Of a stretch of DNA of 24,000 bases, positions 23,426 through 24,000 are shown piece after piece. The position numbers and the translations under genes were made by a program. The notes below the pieces were generated by a model. It worked only from the letters and a program-made list of their open reading frames with translations, made no database searches and was not told the DNA's origin. The stretch comes from Clostridia bacterium. GTDB taxonomy: Bacteria > Bacillota > Clostridia > Peptostreptococcales > Anaerovoracaceae. Position 1 is the first letter of the stretch; every line of letters starts with the position of its first letter. The stretch spans positions 12,592-36,591 of the forward strand of contig JAIKWW010000018.1 in NCBI GenBank assembly GCA_024684465.1, given 5' to 3'.

Positions 23426-23448
23426 CGCGGGAGCATGCTCCCGCGCCG
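23426..23448. repeat. Copy 1 of the same element. It is a 20-nt perfect palindrome, possibly a weak terminator or a regulatory hairpin, lying between the phosphatase gene and the radical SAM gene.
   Basis: cgcgggagcatgctcccgcg (23426..23445) is fully self-complementary. On the minus strand it is followed only by a weak U-tract (ucugcuguauuug). Confidence 0.8.
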
Positions 23449-23449
23449 G

Positions 23450-24000
23450 TCATTCTTCTTTAAAAAGCTCTGAGTCTCCGTTGAATTCCTTGACACGATA
23501 TGTGCCCCTGTCGAATTTCATATTCAATACCTGTGAAAGCTCCCTGCCTTCCATAAAACAGAGTATCACCCTCAGGACGCCGGAGTGACTGACTATTATC
23601 AGGTCACCGGAGGTCTCATTTACAAGTCTGCAGAATCCGGGTATCACACGGTCGTACAGATCCTGAAAATTTTCTGCATCCCCGTCTATCCTGTAATTCA
23701 GAAGATCTGCTCCCCGTGCCTCAAAGCCCTCCGGGTCTTCCTTCCGGATCTCGCTCATAAACTTACCGTCCCACGAACCCAGAGCCATTTCTCTGAATTC
23801 GGGCACAGGCTCCACAGCAATGTCTCCTTCCATCTTTGCCGCGATGATCTCTGCGCTCTCCGTTGCCCGCTTAAGGTCACTGCAGTAAACAGTCCGGGTA
23901 TTCAGTTTGAAGTGGTTCATTTCATAGCCGACGTATTCACACTGTTCCCGTCCCTCGGCACTGAGACTCACATCGGTCTGACCCAGGAATATCTTCTCGC
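23450..24000 (-). CDS. Histidine phosphatase family protein (phosphoglycerate mutase / alpha-ribazole phosphatase-like); 5'-partial, continuing beyond the window.
   Basis: The frame stays open to the window edge (...EKIFLGQTDVSLSAEGREQ...). It contains a SDLKRATESA context and the second catalytic His in IIVSHSGVLR. The track 'start' at 23971 is an internal GTG (Val). Confidence 0.8.
   Translation of the reverse strand, partial: EKIFLGQTDVSLSAEGREQCEYVGYEMNHFKLNTRTVYCSDLKRATESAEIIAAKMEGDIAVEPVPEFREMALGSWDGKFMSEIRKEDPEGFEARGADLLNYRIDGDAENFQDLYDRVIPGFCRLVNETSGDLIIVSHSGVLRVILCFMEGRELSQVLNMKFDRGTYRVKEFNGDSELFKEE

Overview
This is a 24-kb chromosomal segment of roughly 50% GC that looks like Firmicutes/Clostridia: strong GGAGG-type ribosome-binding sites, a CIRCE operator and Bacillus-like synteny. 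Every credible gene lies on the minus strand; all long plus-strand ORFs are antisense shadows. In transcription order (24000 to 1) the window contains: a histidine phosphatase (5'-partial); a radical-SAM protein plus its DUF2344-type partner; an AlaX-type editing protein; mtnA plus a class II aldolase; and a repeat-rich leader followed by xseA-xseB-ispA. Next comes a 695-nt GC-normal, ORF-poor, hairpin-rich gap followed by a 195-aa membrane protein, then dxs and tlyA. By context this gap and protein match the described OLE RNA / oapA locus, and this is the top finding. The window continues with htpG behind a perfect CIRCE operator; a PAS sigma-54 enhancer-binding protein; and a textbook -24/-12 promoter driving a three-gene FAD / 2Fe-2S / molybdopterin operon of the xanthine-dehydrogenase family with unknown substrate. 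It ends with a translationally coupled DUF5685-like plus J-domain protein pair, tmcAL, and a consensus sigma-A promoter with the first codons of the next gene. I saw no tRNA, rRNA, CRISPR array, transposase or integrase. Several ORF-track starts are over-extended and are corrected below from RBS spacing and family N-termini. All family assignments come from motif recognition by eye; no database search was run.
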